From positions 2,366-66,365 of the forward strand of contig DASXVC010000014.1 in NCBI GenBank assembly GCA_036504495.1: DNA of 64,000 nt, given 5' to 3'. The notes below the pieces were generated by a model. The model was not told where the DNA came from. It ran no database searches and saw only the letters and a program-made list of their open reading frames with translations. The stretch comes from Geothrix sp. (GTDB lineage Bacteria > Acidobacteriota > Holophagae > Holophagales > Holophagaceae). The translations under genes were made by a program, and so were the position numbers. This document shows, piece after piece, positions 1 through 9,053 of this stretch. Numbering within the stretch: position 1 is the first letter of the stretch; every line of letters starts with the position of its first letter.

Positions 1-7
1 CAAGGAG

Positions 8-1381
8 GTGGTGCTGACGGACGCCATCAGCGACTGGACCTTCGACACCGAAGGCAAGCGCCTGCTGCTCCGCAAGGGGCCCAACTTCCACGTGGGTGAG
101 GCCTCGGCGGTGTTCACCTCAAAAGCCCTGCCGGAGAAGCTCGACCTTGACCGCATGACCATGACCGCGGACCCCCGGGCCGAGTGGAAGCAGATCTTCG
201 AGGACACCTGGCGCTGGTACCGGGACTTCTTCTACGACGCGAACATGAACGGCAACGACTGGGCCGCCATCGGCGCCAAGTTCCGCGCCTGGCTGCCGGA
301 GCTGAACTCCCGCCAGGAGCTGAACTGGCTGCTGAGCCAGATGGTGGGTGAGCTGAACGTGAGCCACACCTATGTGAGCGGCGGCGACCTCGGCCCCGCC
401 CGGCCCGTGCCGAGCCCCGTCACCCCGGGCCTCCTGGGCGCGGATTTCCGCGCCGAGAACGGCCTCTACCGCTTCGCCAAGGTCTACGGCCCCACGGCCT
501 ATGCCCGCGACCTCAAGGCGCCCCTGGCCGATCCCGCGCCCAAGGTGAAGGAGGGCGAGTACCTGCTGGCCATCGACGGGAAGCCCCTGAAGGCGCCGGA
601 GGCCATCGCAGCGCGCCTCCAGGTCATCAAGGGCCAGAAGGTGACGCTCACCGTGAACGCCAAGCCCACCATGGACGGAGCCCGCACCGTCGAGGTGGAG
701 CCCGTCGCCAGCGACTGGAACCTGCGCTACGAGCGCTGGGTGGCCGACAACATCGCCGCCGTGGACAAGGCCTCCAACGGCCAGCTGGGCTACATGCACA
801 TCACGGCCATGGGCGACCAGAACATCGGCCAGTTCGACAAGTACTGGCGCGCCTTCCGCTACAAGAAGGGCATCGTGGTGGATGTGCGCGGCAACGGCGG
901 CGGCTGGACCGAGTTCTTCATGATCGACAAGCTGGAGCGCAAGCAGGTGGGCTTCAACGTGCTGCGCGGCATGGGCGCCTTCCGCTACCCCGGCACCGCC
1001 AGCGACGGTCGCTACGTCTTCCTCACCAACGAGCAGAACGGCAGCGACGGCGAGGCCTTCCTCGAGCACGTGAAGGCCCGCAAGCTGGGCCCCATCGTGG
1101 GCGTGCCCAGCTGGGGCGGCCTGGTGGGCATCATCAACACCCAGTTCACCCTGGATGGCGGCCGCGTGGAGCAGAGCAACAACGGCTTCTACGGCCGGGA
1201 AGGGAAGTGGTGGGTGGAGAACCACGGCGCCGACCCCGACCTCACCGTGGAAAACGATCCTGCCAGCCTCCTGCAAGGTCATGACCGCCAGCTCGAAGTG
1301 GGCATCGAGACCCTGCTGAAGCAGCTCAAGGAGAATCCGACGCCGGCCTTCCCGGCGGTGCCGGCTTATCCGAAGCGGTGA
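8..1381 (+). CDS. Tricorn-like S41 family peptidase, C-terminal part (5' end lies before the window)
   Basis: EWKQIFEDTWR..RDFFYD helix, PDZ-like segment, GYMHI, DVRGNGGG and SDGE catalytic motif, WGGLVG, ENHGADPD; typical of tricorn/S41 C-terminal domains. Confidence 0.9.
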   Translation: MVLTDAISDWTFDTEGKRLLLRKGPNFHVGEASAVFTSKALPEKLDLDRMTMTADPRAEWKQIFEDTWRWYRDFFYDANMNGNDWAAIGAKFRAWLPELNSRQELNWLLSQMVGELNVSHTYVSGGDLGPARPVPSPVTPGLLGADFRAENGLYRFAKVYGPTAYARDLKAPLADPAPKVKEGEYLLAIDGKPLKAPEAIAARLQVIKGQKVTLTVNAKPTMDGARTVEVEPVASDWNLRYERWVADNIAAVDKASNGQLGYMHITAMGDQNIGQFDKYWRAFRYKKGIVVDVRGNGGGWTEFFMIDKLERKQVGFNVLRGMGAFRYPGTASDGRYVFLTNEQNGSDGEAFLEHVKARKLGPIVGVPSWGGLVGIINTQFTLDGGRVEQSNNGFYGREGKWWVENHGADPDLTVENDPASLLQGHDRQLEVGIETLLKQLKENPTPAFPAVPAYPKR

Positions 1382-1405
1382 GTCCAGACAGGCGGTAAAA
1401 AGTTC

Positions 1406-1457
1406 CTGGTTGATGGGGGATGGTGATGGGAAAGTGGTGCCATCGCCATTCATCCAG
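1406..1457. repeat. Intergenic inverted-repeat element, GGTGATG family (copy 1)
   Basis: GATGGTGATGGGAAAGTGGTGCCATCGCCATTCATC hairpin; the core is nearly identical to the copy at 3400-3460. Confidence 0.6.
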
Positions 1458-1474
1458 AACAGGAAGGAGTCGGA

Positions 1475-1831
1475 ATGAAAGCCCCCATCTTTCTGCCTCT
1501 TGTTTTGCTGTTCGGGATGGCCTGCGAGCCTGTGACCACCTTCACTCGCCTAAATCAGACTGACTACCCTTCCAAACCAAAAGACTGCGATATCAAGATC
1601 TTCACCCAGGCGCCGGTGGACAAGAAATTCGAGGAAATCGCCATTCTGAACACGGTCACGGCCGAGGGGAACCCGGCGAAGGGTCTCAACGCCATGCTTC
1701 CGAGTATCAAGGCAACCGCCTGTGGGTTGGGCGCTGATGCGGTTCTGATTAAATACGTGGAGCCCGGCGACCCCTCCAGACAGGGTTCGCATGGAAAGAC
1801 ATTTGCTGTCGCTATCAAGTTCCTCAATTAG
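1475..1831 (+). CDS. Hypothetical lipoprotein (YbjQ/heavy-metal-binding-like small alpha/beta domain)
   Basis: AAGGAG RBS; signal peptide with lipobox-like GMAC; FEEIAIL...ACGLGADAVLI pattern; lower GC than flanking genes. Confidence 0.65.
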   Translation: MKAPIFLPLVLLFGMACEPVTTFTRLNQTDYPSKPKDCDIKIFTQAPVDKKFEEIAILNTVTAEGNPAKGLNAMLPSIKATACGLGADAVLIKYVEPGDPSRQGSHGKTFAVAIKFLN

Positions 1832-1868
1832 CGTCTACTTCCCTTGGCCATTTTCCATGGAGCCATCC

Positions 1869-3299
1869 ATGCTTCGCTTCGGATTCAAAACGATCGTGGC
1901 ACTCCTGCTTGCGCCGGTCTTCGCCCCGGTTTTTGCGGAGGGTCCAGCCAAGCCCACGGATGCGGTCCTCGACACTGAGCGTCCCCGTTTCGAGGCGCTG
2001 GCCCGCAGGATCTGGGAGACCCCGGAACTGGCGCTCAACGAGACACGTTCCTCCGCCGCCCTCGCCGATGCCCTGGAGAAGGAGGGTTTCCAGGTGAAGC
2101 GCGGTGTGGGCGACCTGCCCACGGCCTTCATCGCCACCGCCGGCAGCGGCGAGCCGGTCATCGCGGTGCTGGCCGAATACGACGCGCTCCCGGCGCTGTC
2201 CCAGGCGGCGGCCGAGTCGAAGAAGCATGTGCTCGCCGACGGGACGCCGGGCCAGGGCTGCGCCCACAACCTGCTGGGCACGGCCTCCGTGGCCGGGGCC
2301 ATCGCAGCGAACCGCGTCCGCATCCAACAGAAGCTCCCGGGGACGATCCAGGTTTTCGGGACGCCCGGCGAGGAGGTCTTCATCGGGAAGGTCTTCATGG
2401 TGCGCGATGGCGTCTTCGCCAAGACGGACGCGGTGCTCACCTGGCACCCGGACGATCAGAACCGCGTGGTGAACCGCACCCGGCTGGCCGCCGCCGCCGT
2501 CGATGTGGAATTCCTGGGGAAGTCGGCCCATGCCTCTGCCTCGCCCTGGCTCGGCCGGAGTTCGCTCGACGCGCTCGTGCTGTTCGACCACGCGATGGCG
2601 CTCATGCGTGAGCACCTGAGGCCCACGGCCCGCATCCACCGCGTCGTGAAGGATGGCGGCGCCCAGGCCAACATCATCCCGGACTACACCCGGGGCCAGT
2701 ACTGGGTCCGCGACGCGTCCATCGAGGGCGTGAAGAGCATGCTCGACCGGCTCCGCAAGGCCGCCGATGGTGCCGCCACCGCCACGGAGACCAAGGCGAA
2801 GGTGACGGCCCTCTTCGAGGCGCGGGATCCAGTTCCCAACGACGCGCTGGGCAAGGTGATGCAGCGGGAGCTGGAACGCATTGGCGCCCCGGCCTTCGAT
2901 GACGCGGACCTGACCTTCGCGAAGGCCATGCAGCGGGAACTGGCCTTCGAGCCCGCCGGCCTTTCCACCACCGTGATGCCCTACGCCCCCCGCACCGGCG
3001 GAACGGCCTCGTCCGACATCGGCGAGGTGAGCGCCGTGGTGCCCCTGGCCGAGCTGGGCGTGGTGACGCGCCCCCTCGGAACCGCCGCCCACCACTGGGC
3101 CCAGACCTCCTGCGCCGCCCACCCCCTGGGCATGAAGGGCATGCTGGTGGCCGCCAAGGTGCTGGCCGCCTCCGTGGTGGACCTGCTCCAGGACCCGGCC
3201 GCCGTGAAGGCGGTCAAAGAAGAATTCGCGAAGACCATGAAGGGCAAGTCCTACGTTTCGCCCCTCACCCCCGACGCCAAGCCACACGTGTTCCAGTAG
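1869..3299 (+). CDS. M20 family amidohydrolase (AbgB/p-aminobenzoyl-glutamate hydrolase-like) with signal peptide
   Basis: IWETPELALNE, LAEYDALP, GCAHNLLG, GTPGEE, WHP, GKSAHA, SSDIGEVS motifs; GGAG before ATG 1869. Confidence 0.88.
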   Translation: MLRFGFKTIVALLLAPVFAPVFAEGPAKPTDAVLDTERPRFEALARRIWETPELALNETRSSAALADALEKEGFQVKRGVGDLPTAFIATAGSGEPVIAVLAEYDALPALSQAAAESKKHVLADGTPGQGCAHNLLGTASVAGAIAANRVRIQQKLPGTIQVFGTPGEEVFIGKVFMVRDGVFAKTDAVLTWHPDDQNRVVNRTRLAAAAVDVEFLGKSAHASASPWLGRSSLDALVLFDHAMALMREHLRPTARIHRVVKDGGAQANIIPDYTRGQYWVRDASIEGVKSMLDRLRKAADGAATATETKAKVTALFEARDPVPNDALGKVMQRELERIGAPAFDDADLTFAKAMQRELAFEPAGLSTTVMPYAPRTGGTASSDIGEVSAVVPLAELGVVTRPLGTAAHHWAQTSCAAHPLGMKGMLVAAKVLAASVVDLLQDPAAVKAVKEEFAKTMKGKSYVSPLTPDAKPHVFQ

Positions 3300-3399
3300 G
3301 AAACCTTCAAGGTTTTCGAAGAACTCACCACCAGATATCTGTATGTCTCGCGTATCAGCGCAGCTGATACCGAGAGGGCACCAAAAAAGACAAATCAAG

Positions 3400-3460
3400 C
3401 CGGTGATGGACAGTGATGGGAAAGTGGTTGCCATCACCGTTTATCACTGTTCATCACCGG
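3400..3460. repeat. Intergenic inverted-repeat element, GGTGATG family (copy 2), 10-bp tandem units in the arms
   Basis: CCGGTGATGGACAGTGATGGGAAAGTGGTTGCCATCACCGTTTATCACTGTTCATCACCGG. Confidence 0.7.
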
Positions 3461-3510
3461 TTAAAGGTAGTTAGGCGTCAATCCGAACACCGCACCACCT
3501 AGAGGGTCCC

Positions 3511-3900
3511 GTGAACTTGCCAAGGAGTGTTGGGGCGGTTCTTATCGGTTGGATTACAGTGGTCGGTCTTTCGCTCTCCACTGATTATTTGCTCCAGCAA
3601 ACCAGGCTCTTTCCAGCCTGGGGCCAGCCGGTCTGGAGCTTTTGGCCCAATCTCCTGGCCCTTTCCTATCGATGTGTCTTTACGGTGATCGGTTGTTACA
3701 TCGCAGGAAGGCTTGCGGACCGTAATCCCATGTTCCACGCCATTCTTCTCGGCATTATCAGTTTCATTCTCAGTCTTCTTGGGGCTATGACAGCCATTCA
3801 AAACCATTTTGGGCCTGCGTGGTACCCCATCGCACTTGCCCTCGCCACTTTGCCTTGCGCGTGGCTAGGCGGCCTCCTTTCTAAATCACGCAGCGCCTAA
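3511..3900 (+). CDS. Hypothetical 4-TM membrane protein (integron cassette-like gene 1)
   Basis: Four hydrophobic segments, GPAWYPIAL motif, lower GC; preceded by GTTAGGC (3470) and stop codon inside GCCTAAC. Confidence 0.75.
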   Translation: MNLPRSVGAVLIGWITVVGLSLSTDYLLQQTRLFPAWGQPVWSFWPNLLALSYRCVFTVIGCYIAGRLADRNPMFHAILLGIISFILSLLGAMTAIQNHFGPAWYPIALALATLPCAWLGGLLSKSRSA

Positions 3901-4018
3901 CGCTCCCCTCAACTCGAACCCCGCCTTCATTGCCTCTCGCTCTCTCTCAGCATTCCGCTATCTCGGCTCCGCTCAGCGCCTCGGTGCGGGCTGGTCCGGG
4001 GAGCTTCATTCGCCAGGC
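3895..4018 (+). mobile_element. attC-like integron recombination site (degenerate R' core)
   Basis: Starts RYYYAAC (GCCTAAC), imperfect internal inverted repeat, ends GCCAGGC (decayed GTTAGGC); 124 bp; left half repeated at 4519. Confidence 0.75.
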
Positions 4019-4056
4019 CGATCTGGAAGCAGGTTCCCTTTTTCGAAGAGGTCCCC

Positions 4057-4524
4057 ATGCTCGACAACATTCTTCCTCGGCACATAGACAACACCTTTCG
4101 CGGCCAGAAACCGGCGCTGTGGTTCTTTGGGGCCATGGTGTTCATGAAGACCACCCAGAGCCTGGCGGTCCTCTTTGGCGGCCCCTCGGTGATAAGTTCC
4201 GCCGATGGTATCCCCCTCGACACATACGTCCCTGCTGCCGCACAGACAGTCGTTTCCTTATGGGCGCTTCTAGGGCTCACTCGGTTCTGGATCTGTCTGC
4301 TCTGCGTGCTTGTCCTGGTTCGTTATCGATCCATGGTTCCCTTCATGTTCGCGCTGTTGCTACTGCACGACCTTGGTAGAAGCCTCGTTCTTCATTTCCT
4401 GCCCATCATCAGAACCGGTACACCGCCAGGGCCCCTGGTCAACCAGGCAATCCTCGTCATGACCATGGTTGGACTGGTCCTGTCGCTATGGACCAAACGC
4501 AATCCACCCTTACAATCGGCCTAG
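4057..4524 (+). CDS. Hypothetical membrane protein (integron cassette-like gene 2)
   Basis: GAGG RBS, ADGIPLDTY motif, four hydrophobic segments; flanked by GCCAGGCCGAT and ATCGGCCTAGC. Confidence 0.75.
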   Translation: MLDNILPRHIDNTFRGQKPALWFFGAMVFMKTTQSLAVLFGGPSVISSADGIPLDTYVPAAAQTVVSLWALLGLTRFWICLLCVLVLVRYRSMVPFMFALLLLHDLGRSLVLHFLPIIRTGTPPGPLVNQAILVMTMVGLVLSLWTKRNPPLQSA

Positions 4525-4585
4525 CCTGCGCTCAACTCAGGCCCCGCCTGCATTGCCTTTCATGGCTCTCTCCACTTTCCGCCTT
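4519..4585 (+). mobile_element. Truncated attC-like site (left half only)
   Basis: GCCTAGCCTGCGCTCAACTCAGGCCCCGCCTGCATTGCCTTTC resembles GCCTAACGCTCCCCTCAACTCGAACCCCGCCTTCATTGCCTCTC at 3895. Confidence 0.65.
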
Positions 4586-4600
4586 TTCGTGATCGATCCC

Positions 4601-5029
4601 ATGCCGATGACCGACCTCCAGGAACGCATCACCACCAGCTTCAAGGCCCAGGGCCTGATGGCCACTCTTGGAGCCACGATGGTCCTGGTGTCGGAGGGCG
4701 AGGTGCACATCGCGCTGCCCTTCTCGGAGCGGCTGTCGCAGCAGCATGGCTATGTCCACGCGGGCGCCATCACCAGCATTCTCGACAGCGCCTGCGGGTA
4801 CGCGGCGCTGACGAAAGCGGCGCCGGGCTGTGAGGTGGTCACCGCCGAGTTCAAGATCAACCTGCTGCGGCCCGCCATCGGCGACCGCTTCCTGGCCATC
4901 GGACGGGTCCAGAACGCGGGCCGGTCCCTCACGGTCTGCACGGGCGAGGTCCAGGCCTTTTCAGGCAGCGGGTCCGCCCCCAAGGTGGTCGCGCTCATGC
5001 AGGCCACCATCGCCACCCTCCGCCCGTGA
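4601..5029 (+). CDS. PaaI family thioesterase (hotdog fold)
   Basis: QQHGYVHAGAITSILDSACGYAA and EFKINLLRPA motifs. Confidence 0.9.
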   Translation: MPMTDLQERITTSFKAQGLMATLGATMVLVSEGEVHIALPFSERLSQQHGYVHAGAITSILDSACGYAALTKAAPGCEVVTAEFKINLLRPAIGDRFLAIGRVQNAGRSLTVCTGEVQAFSGSGSAPKVVALMQATIATLRP

Positions 5030-5060
5030 TGGCGCGGCCTCCGGTCCCCTCAGGTTTCCC

Positions 5061-5291
5061 ATGCCCCTCGACCATCAGCGCCTGACGGATGCCCAGAAAC
5101 AGACCTGCCCGCTCTGCGGTGGGCCGAACGGGTGTGTACCTTCCGCCTGTGGCCGCACGGACATGCCCTGCTGGTGCACGGCCGTCGCCTTCAACCCGGC
5201 TTCGCTGGCCCTGGTTCCAGAGGAACTCCGCAACGTGGTCTGCCTGTGCCGCCGCTGCGCCCTAGCGCCCCCGGCCGAGGGCCGAGGCTGA
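5061..5291 (+). CDS. Cysteine-rich CWC family protein
   Basis: CPLCGGPNGC...CWC...CLCRRC pattern. Confidence 0.8.
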   Translation: MPLDHQRLTDAQKQTCPLCGGPNGCVPSACGRTDMPCWCTAVAFNPASLALVPEELRNVVCLCRRCALAPPAEGRG

Positions 5292-5312
5292 GGCGGATAC
5301 AAAAAACAAAGA

Positions 5313-5386
5313 TCACCACCAAGACACCAAGAAAAGCGAAAAGAAATGCTTTTGCAGTTCTTGGTGCCTTGGTGTCTTGGTGGTGA
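5313..5386. repeat. Inverted-repeat element, CACCAAGR 8-mer family (copy 1)
   Basis: TCACCACCAAGACACCAAG...CTTGGTGCCTTGGTGTCTTGGTGGTGA between convergent genes. Confidence 0.85.
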
Positions 5387-5423
5387 ATCAGTTTCTTGCT
5401 TCGAGATTGAAGGTCCGCTGGAA

Positions 5424-6572
5424 TCAGAACCCGACCGTGTAGGCCCCATCCCGCATGAGCGGAACGGTGGCTCCTCCGGCCATTTGAAGATCCACGCTCA
5501 CCACCTTCACGTCGGGCTGGGTTTCGGGGACGTAGACGCGGTCGATGTGGATGACGGCTTCGGGGCCGCTGAAGTCCTTGGGGCCGACCTGGCCGCCGAA
5601 GTGGTCGCTGCGGCCGAAGGCGAGGTGGAGGCCCAGCTTCTCGTCCAGGAGGATCTCGCCGATGGGTTTCACGCCGAAGGCTGAGAGCACGCCCAGGCCC
5701 AGCTCGGCCAGGTTGCCGTAGGCAGGTTCTCCGGCCAGCAGGGCGGCCTCCTCGCGGGACTTGGGGCCTTCGCTGACGACCTCCAGCGCCTTGTTGCCCT
5801 CGATGCGGTAGCGCACCACTTCGGCGCCGAACTGCACGGGCATGATGCCCGCCGTGCGGCTGGGATCGCCCGGCAGCTCACCCTCGTAGGGCACGATGTA
5901 GGCTTCGCCTGAGGGCAGGTTGCCCGCCACGCCGGGCGCGGGGAGCAGGCCGCCGGAGGCGTGGCCCGTGCGGTGGCGCAGGTCCACGTGCAGCTCACAG
6001 GCACCCGAAGGCGTATCGAAGCGGAAGGCCGCGCCCTCGGCCCGGTCCAGCAGGTCCTTCAGGAGCTCCACGCGGCGGTTCACTTCGGTGTAGTCCAGGC
6101 GCAGGGCGGGGATCATGTCCTCGCGGAAGCCCGGCATGGTGGCGGCGCGGATGGGGTGCGTCTTCGCGGCCAGCTTGAGGGGCGCGGTGGCCGAGAACTT
6201 CGTGAGCGCGATGAGGATGGGGTGGCTGGCGTAGAGGTCCGCAAAGCTCACGGAGGCCGCGGGATCCAGCGAATCCGTGGCAGGCATGGGGCCGCCCGCG
6301 TGGAGCCAGGCGCGCTCCGGCAGGTCGCCGTTGTTGGTGTGGACGTTGGGATACACCACCAGATGCGTCTCCAGGCCCAGCCCGGCGCGGTGGGCGTTCA
6401 GCTCCGCGGCCCAGGCGGCCGCGATGTCGCGGCGGGCGGCCCAGTTGGCGTCGTCGGGCACCTTCGCGTCCGGCAGGTCCACCAGGATGGCCAGGGCCGT
6501 TTCGCCAGCCCGGGGCTGGAACACCCGCTGCACCAGGGCCACCAGTTCCGATCCCGTCAGTTGTTCGCTCAT
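5424..6572 (-). CDS. M29/aminopeptidase T-like metallopeptidase
   Basis: GNLPSGEAYIVP, NLAELGLG, DEKLGLHLAFG, IHID motifs; GGAGG before ATG 6572. Confidence 0.75.
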   Translation of the reverse strand: MSEQLTGSELVALVQRVFQPRAGETALAILVDLPDAKVPDDANWAARRDIAAAWAAELNAHRAGLGLETHLVVYPNVHTNNGDLPERAWLHAGGPMPATDSLDPAASVSFADLYASHPILIALTKFSATAPLKLAAKTHPIRAATMPGFREDMIPALRLDYTEVNRRVELLKDLLDRAEGAAFRFDTPSGACELHVDLRHRTGHASGGLLPAPGVAGNLPSGEAYIVPYEGELPGDPSRTAGIMPVQFGAEVVRYRIEGNKALEVVSEGPKSREEAALLAGEPAYGNLAELGLGVLSAFGVKPIGEILLDEKLGLHLAFGRSDHFGGQVGPKDFSGPEAVIHIDRVYVPETQPDVKVVSVDLQMAGGATVPLMRDGAYTVGF

Positions 6573-6620
6573 GCGGTCCTCCGCTGGGAGGATGCCCTGC
6601 CTCACGGGGGCCTGTCGAGC

Positions 6621-8570
6621 CTAGGCCTGGGCCCTCTGGGCGAGAACCCGGGCGCAGGACTGGATGTGGGCCAGGTCCTCCGGGGCGACCTCGCCGGGCT
6701 GGCGGCGTTCGCTGAGGGTCTTCTGGATGAGCCCGGAGAGGTCGGCCCACGAGGAGGGGGCCTCCAGCTGGAGGGCCACCAGGGCGTCCGCGATGCGGCG
6801 GCGGAGGGGCCAGGGGTTCCGGCTGTTCCACCCGCCCCGGACCGTGGTGGCGAGGGCTCCCAGGGCCCGCCGGGAGAGGGGCCGATCGACGGTGTCGTGG
6901 GCCCGCGCGAGCGCTTCCACGGCCACGGTCTGCAATTCGGGGGCCTTCAGTTCAGCGGCCTTGGCGCAGAGGGCGAGGGCTCCATCCGGATTCCCCAGGT
7001 CCCGCAGGGCCTCGGCCAGGGCGGTCTGGATGCGCGGGGGCTGGCCGGAGTGGAGCAGGTTCAGGAGGGGATCCACGGCCTCCGGGGAGCCCACGGCGCC
7101 CAGGGTTTCCAGGGCCGCCAGCAGGAGGGATTCCCGGGGGTCGGAGGCCACCAGGGCCAGCAGGTCCGGAACCAGCGCGGCCAGGCGGTGCATGGCGATG
7201 AAGCGCAGCCACACCTCGGCCTCCTCCGGGCCGGCCTCGGCCAAGTGGGCTCGCGCCATCCCCTCGGGCTCCGGCAGCTGCCCCAGGTGCCAGAGCGCAC
7301 GCTGGGTGATGTCCGCGATGGGATCGCGCAGCGCCTTCAGCAGGGCCGTGCGGAAAGCGGGGTCCCGGCGCTCGCCCAGGCCTTCCACCACGGCGCTGCG
7401 ATGGGAGCCTTCGGCCTGATCCAGCAGGAGGTCGAGCAGGTCCTGGGCCGAGGGCGGGACCAGCCGGGTGAGGGCGGCGGCCACGCCCGCCTTGCCTGTG
7501 TTCTGCCGCAGGCATTCGGCCATGGCCGCCAGCAGGCTCTCGGCATCCAGGAGGCCGCGGCTCGCCAGGTCCGCCAGACCCTGGGCCGCGGTGTCCAGGG
7601 CGAATTCCAGGCCCCGCCCGCGATGCTGCGCCAGATCCCCGGCCTGTCCCAGCTGGCGGGTCAGGAGGACGGCCTTTTCATCCGAGGCGGCCAGCAGCGT
7701 ATCAAGCAGGAAGGTGTCGAGAAGCGACGGGGCGGACTCCCGGAGAGTCGCCATCGCCGCCTGGATCCGCTCTGATTGTCCCGAGGCGAAATCCGCCGCG
7801 ACTTCGGGCTGGCGGGCCTCCCAGCGGTGGATGAGGGCCTGGAGGACCTGCTCCTGCACCTCCGGCCGCGGCAAGGCGCGGAAGGCCGTGAGCAGGGCGC
7901 GGATCTCACGGTCCTCCAGGGCTTCCTGGTGGGTGTCCTTGAGGAAATCAAGGAGGAACGCCGCGGCTTCCGCGGTGGGGATCTGGCCCACGAGGCGGAG
8001 GGCGTGGCGGGCCACCAGGGGATCGGGGTGGCGGACGGCGGCCTGGAGGGGCTCCAGGCCGTCCGGGCTCAGCAGCTTCGCGAGCTGCCGGGCGCCCTCA
8101 TTGGCGTCCGCGGGCTGGGCGCTCCCCTGCAGGAGGCGGGCGAGGTGGTGCTGGAAGGCCCCGGCGGGGTCGGTTTCCTGAAGCACTTGGTCCGCGGCCT
8201 CACGGAAGTCCGGCTCGGCCCGGCTCTGGGACAGGGCGCGCAGGGAAGCCGTGGCCGCGGGGATCCCCATCCGGCCCAGGGCGCGGACACCGGTCTTGAA
8301 GAGGACAAGGTCCTTCTCCTGGCGCAGCACGCGGTCCAGCACCGGGAGCCATTCGGGCCAGGGGTGGTAGAAGCTGAATTCCAGGGTGAGCTGCCGCAGG
8401 CCGGGGGAACAGGAGACCCGTTGGACGCGGTCCTTCAGTTCCGCCACGGCCTCAGGTCCCGCCTCGGCGACGGTGCGGAAGAAGGCCAGCTGACCAGCCC
8501 TCCAGGTGGGATCGAGCCGGTCCAGGAAGACCTCGAAGGAAGACTGGTTCATGGAGGGGGCCACGCTCAT
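6621..8570 (-). CDS. HEAT-repeat protein
   Basis: Repeated helical units (ALETLGAVGSPEAVDPLLNLL, ALAEALRDLG, RALWHLGQL); start overlaps the upstream PilZ gene stop. Confidence 0.75.
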   Translation of the reverse strand: MSVAPSMNQSSFEVFLDRLDPTWRAGQLAFFRTVAEAGPEAVAELKDRVQRVSCSPGLRQLTLEFSFYHPWPEWLPVLDRVLRQEKDLVLFKTGVRALGRMGIPAATASLRALSQSRAEPDFREAADQVLQETDPAGAFQHHLARLLQGSAQPADANEGARQLAKLLSPDGLEPLQAAVRHPDPLVARHALRLVGQIPTAEAAAFLLDFLKDTHQEALEDREIRALLTAFRALPRPEVQEQVLQALIHRWEARQPEVAADFASGQSERIQAAMATLRESAPSLLDTFLLDTLLAASDEKAVLLTRQLGQAGDLAQHRGRGLEFALDTAAQGLADLASRGLLDAESLLAAMAECLRQNTGKAGVAAALTRLVPPSAQDLLDLLLDQAEGSHRSAVVEGLGERRDPAFRTALLKALRDPIADITQRALWHLGQLPEPEGMARAHLAEAGPEEAEVWLRFIAMHRLAALVPDLLALVASDPRESLLLAALETLGAVGSPEAVDPLLNLLHSGQPPRIQTALAEALRDLGNPDGALALCAKAAELKAPELQTVAVEALARAHDTVDRPLSRRALGALATTVRGGWNSRNPWPLRRRIADALVALQLEAPSSWADLSGLIQKTLSERRQPGEVAPEDLAHIQSCARVLAQRAQA

Positions 8571-8941
8571 TGCCGCGCCAGCTGGGCGGCCACATGATCC
8601 GCGATGAGTCCCGTCACGAAGGGCGTCATGTCCTGGAATTCGACCCCCATGAGGACGTACCCCGTGGTCTTGCCGGGCACCTTTCCGAGCATCCGCAGGA
8701 TGACCGCCCCGAGGGGCACCAGGGGCAGATCCGGGTGGTCGAGGTAGAGCGAGTCGATGGCATCCCCCACGTCCAGGTGCTGGACACGCCCCACCTGGAC
8801 TTCCAACCCGCAGCCACCGGCGCTGAGGTTCGCCAGGCGGCTGTCGAGGATGTCCACCCCCTTGGCATGGAACCGGACGCCGTACTGCCGGTCGGTGGTG
8901 CTCAGGCGCGGGTATTTTCGTTGGTCTTGGACAAGGGACAT
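8567..8941 (-). CDS. PilZ domain protein
   Basis: QRKYPR (RxxxR) and NLSAGG (D/NxSxxG) c-di-GMP-binding motifs. Confidence 0.85.
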   Translation of the reverse strand: MSLVQDQRKYPRLSTTDRQYGVRFHAKGVDILDSRLANLSAGGCGLEVQVGRVQHLDVGDAIDSLYLDHPDLPLVPLGAVILRMLGKVPGKTTGYVLMGVEFQDMTPFVTGLIADHVAAQLARQ

Positions 8942-9053
8942 GCCTGCGGTGCTCCGGCGGTCTGGCAGGCCCCGGATTCCGGGTCCCTGAGGCCGATGCC
9001 TCTGCATCGGCGCGGAGGCTGGCAGACTGGTGTTTTCGATGGGAACGGACTCG

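Noticed and set aside
3300-3375. Cluster of short palindromes after the amidohydrolase gene
   Set aside because: Most simply a terminator-like hairpin plus chance palindromes; not repeated elsewhere in the window
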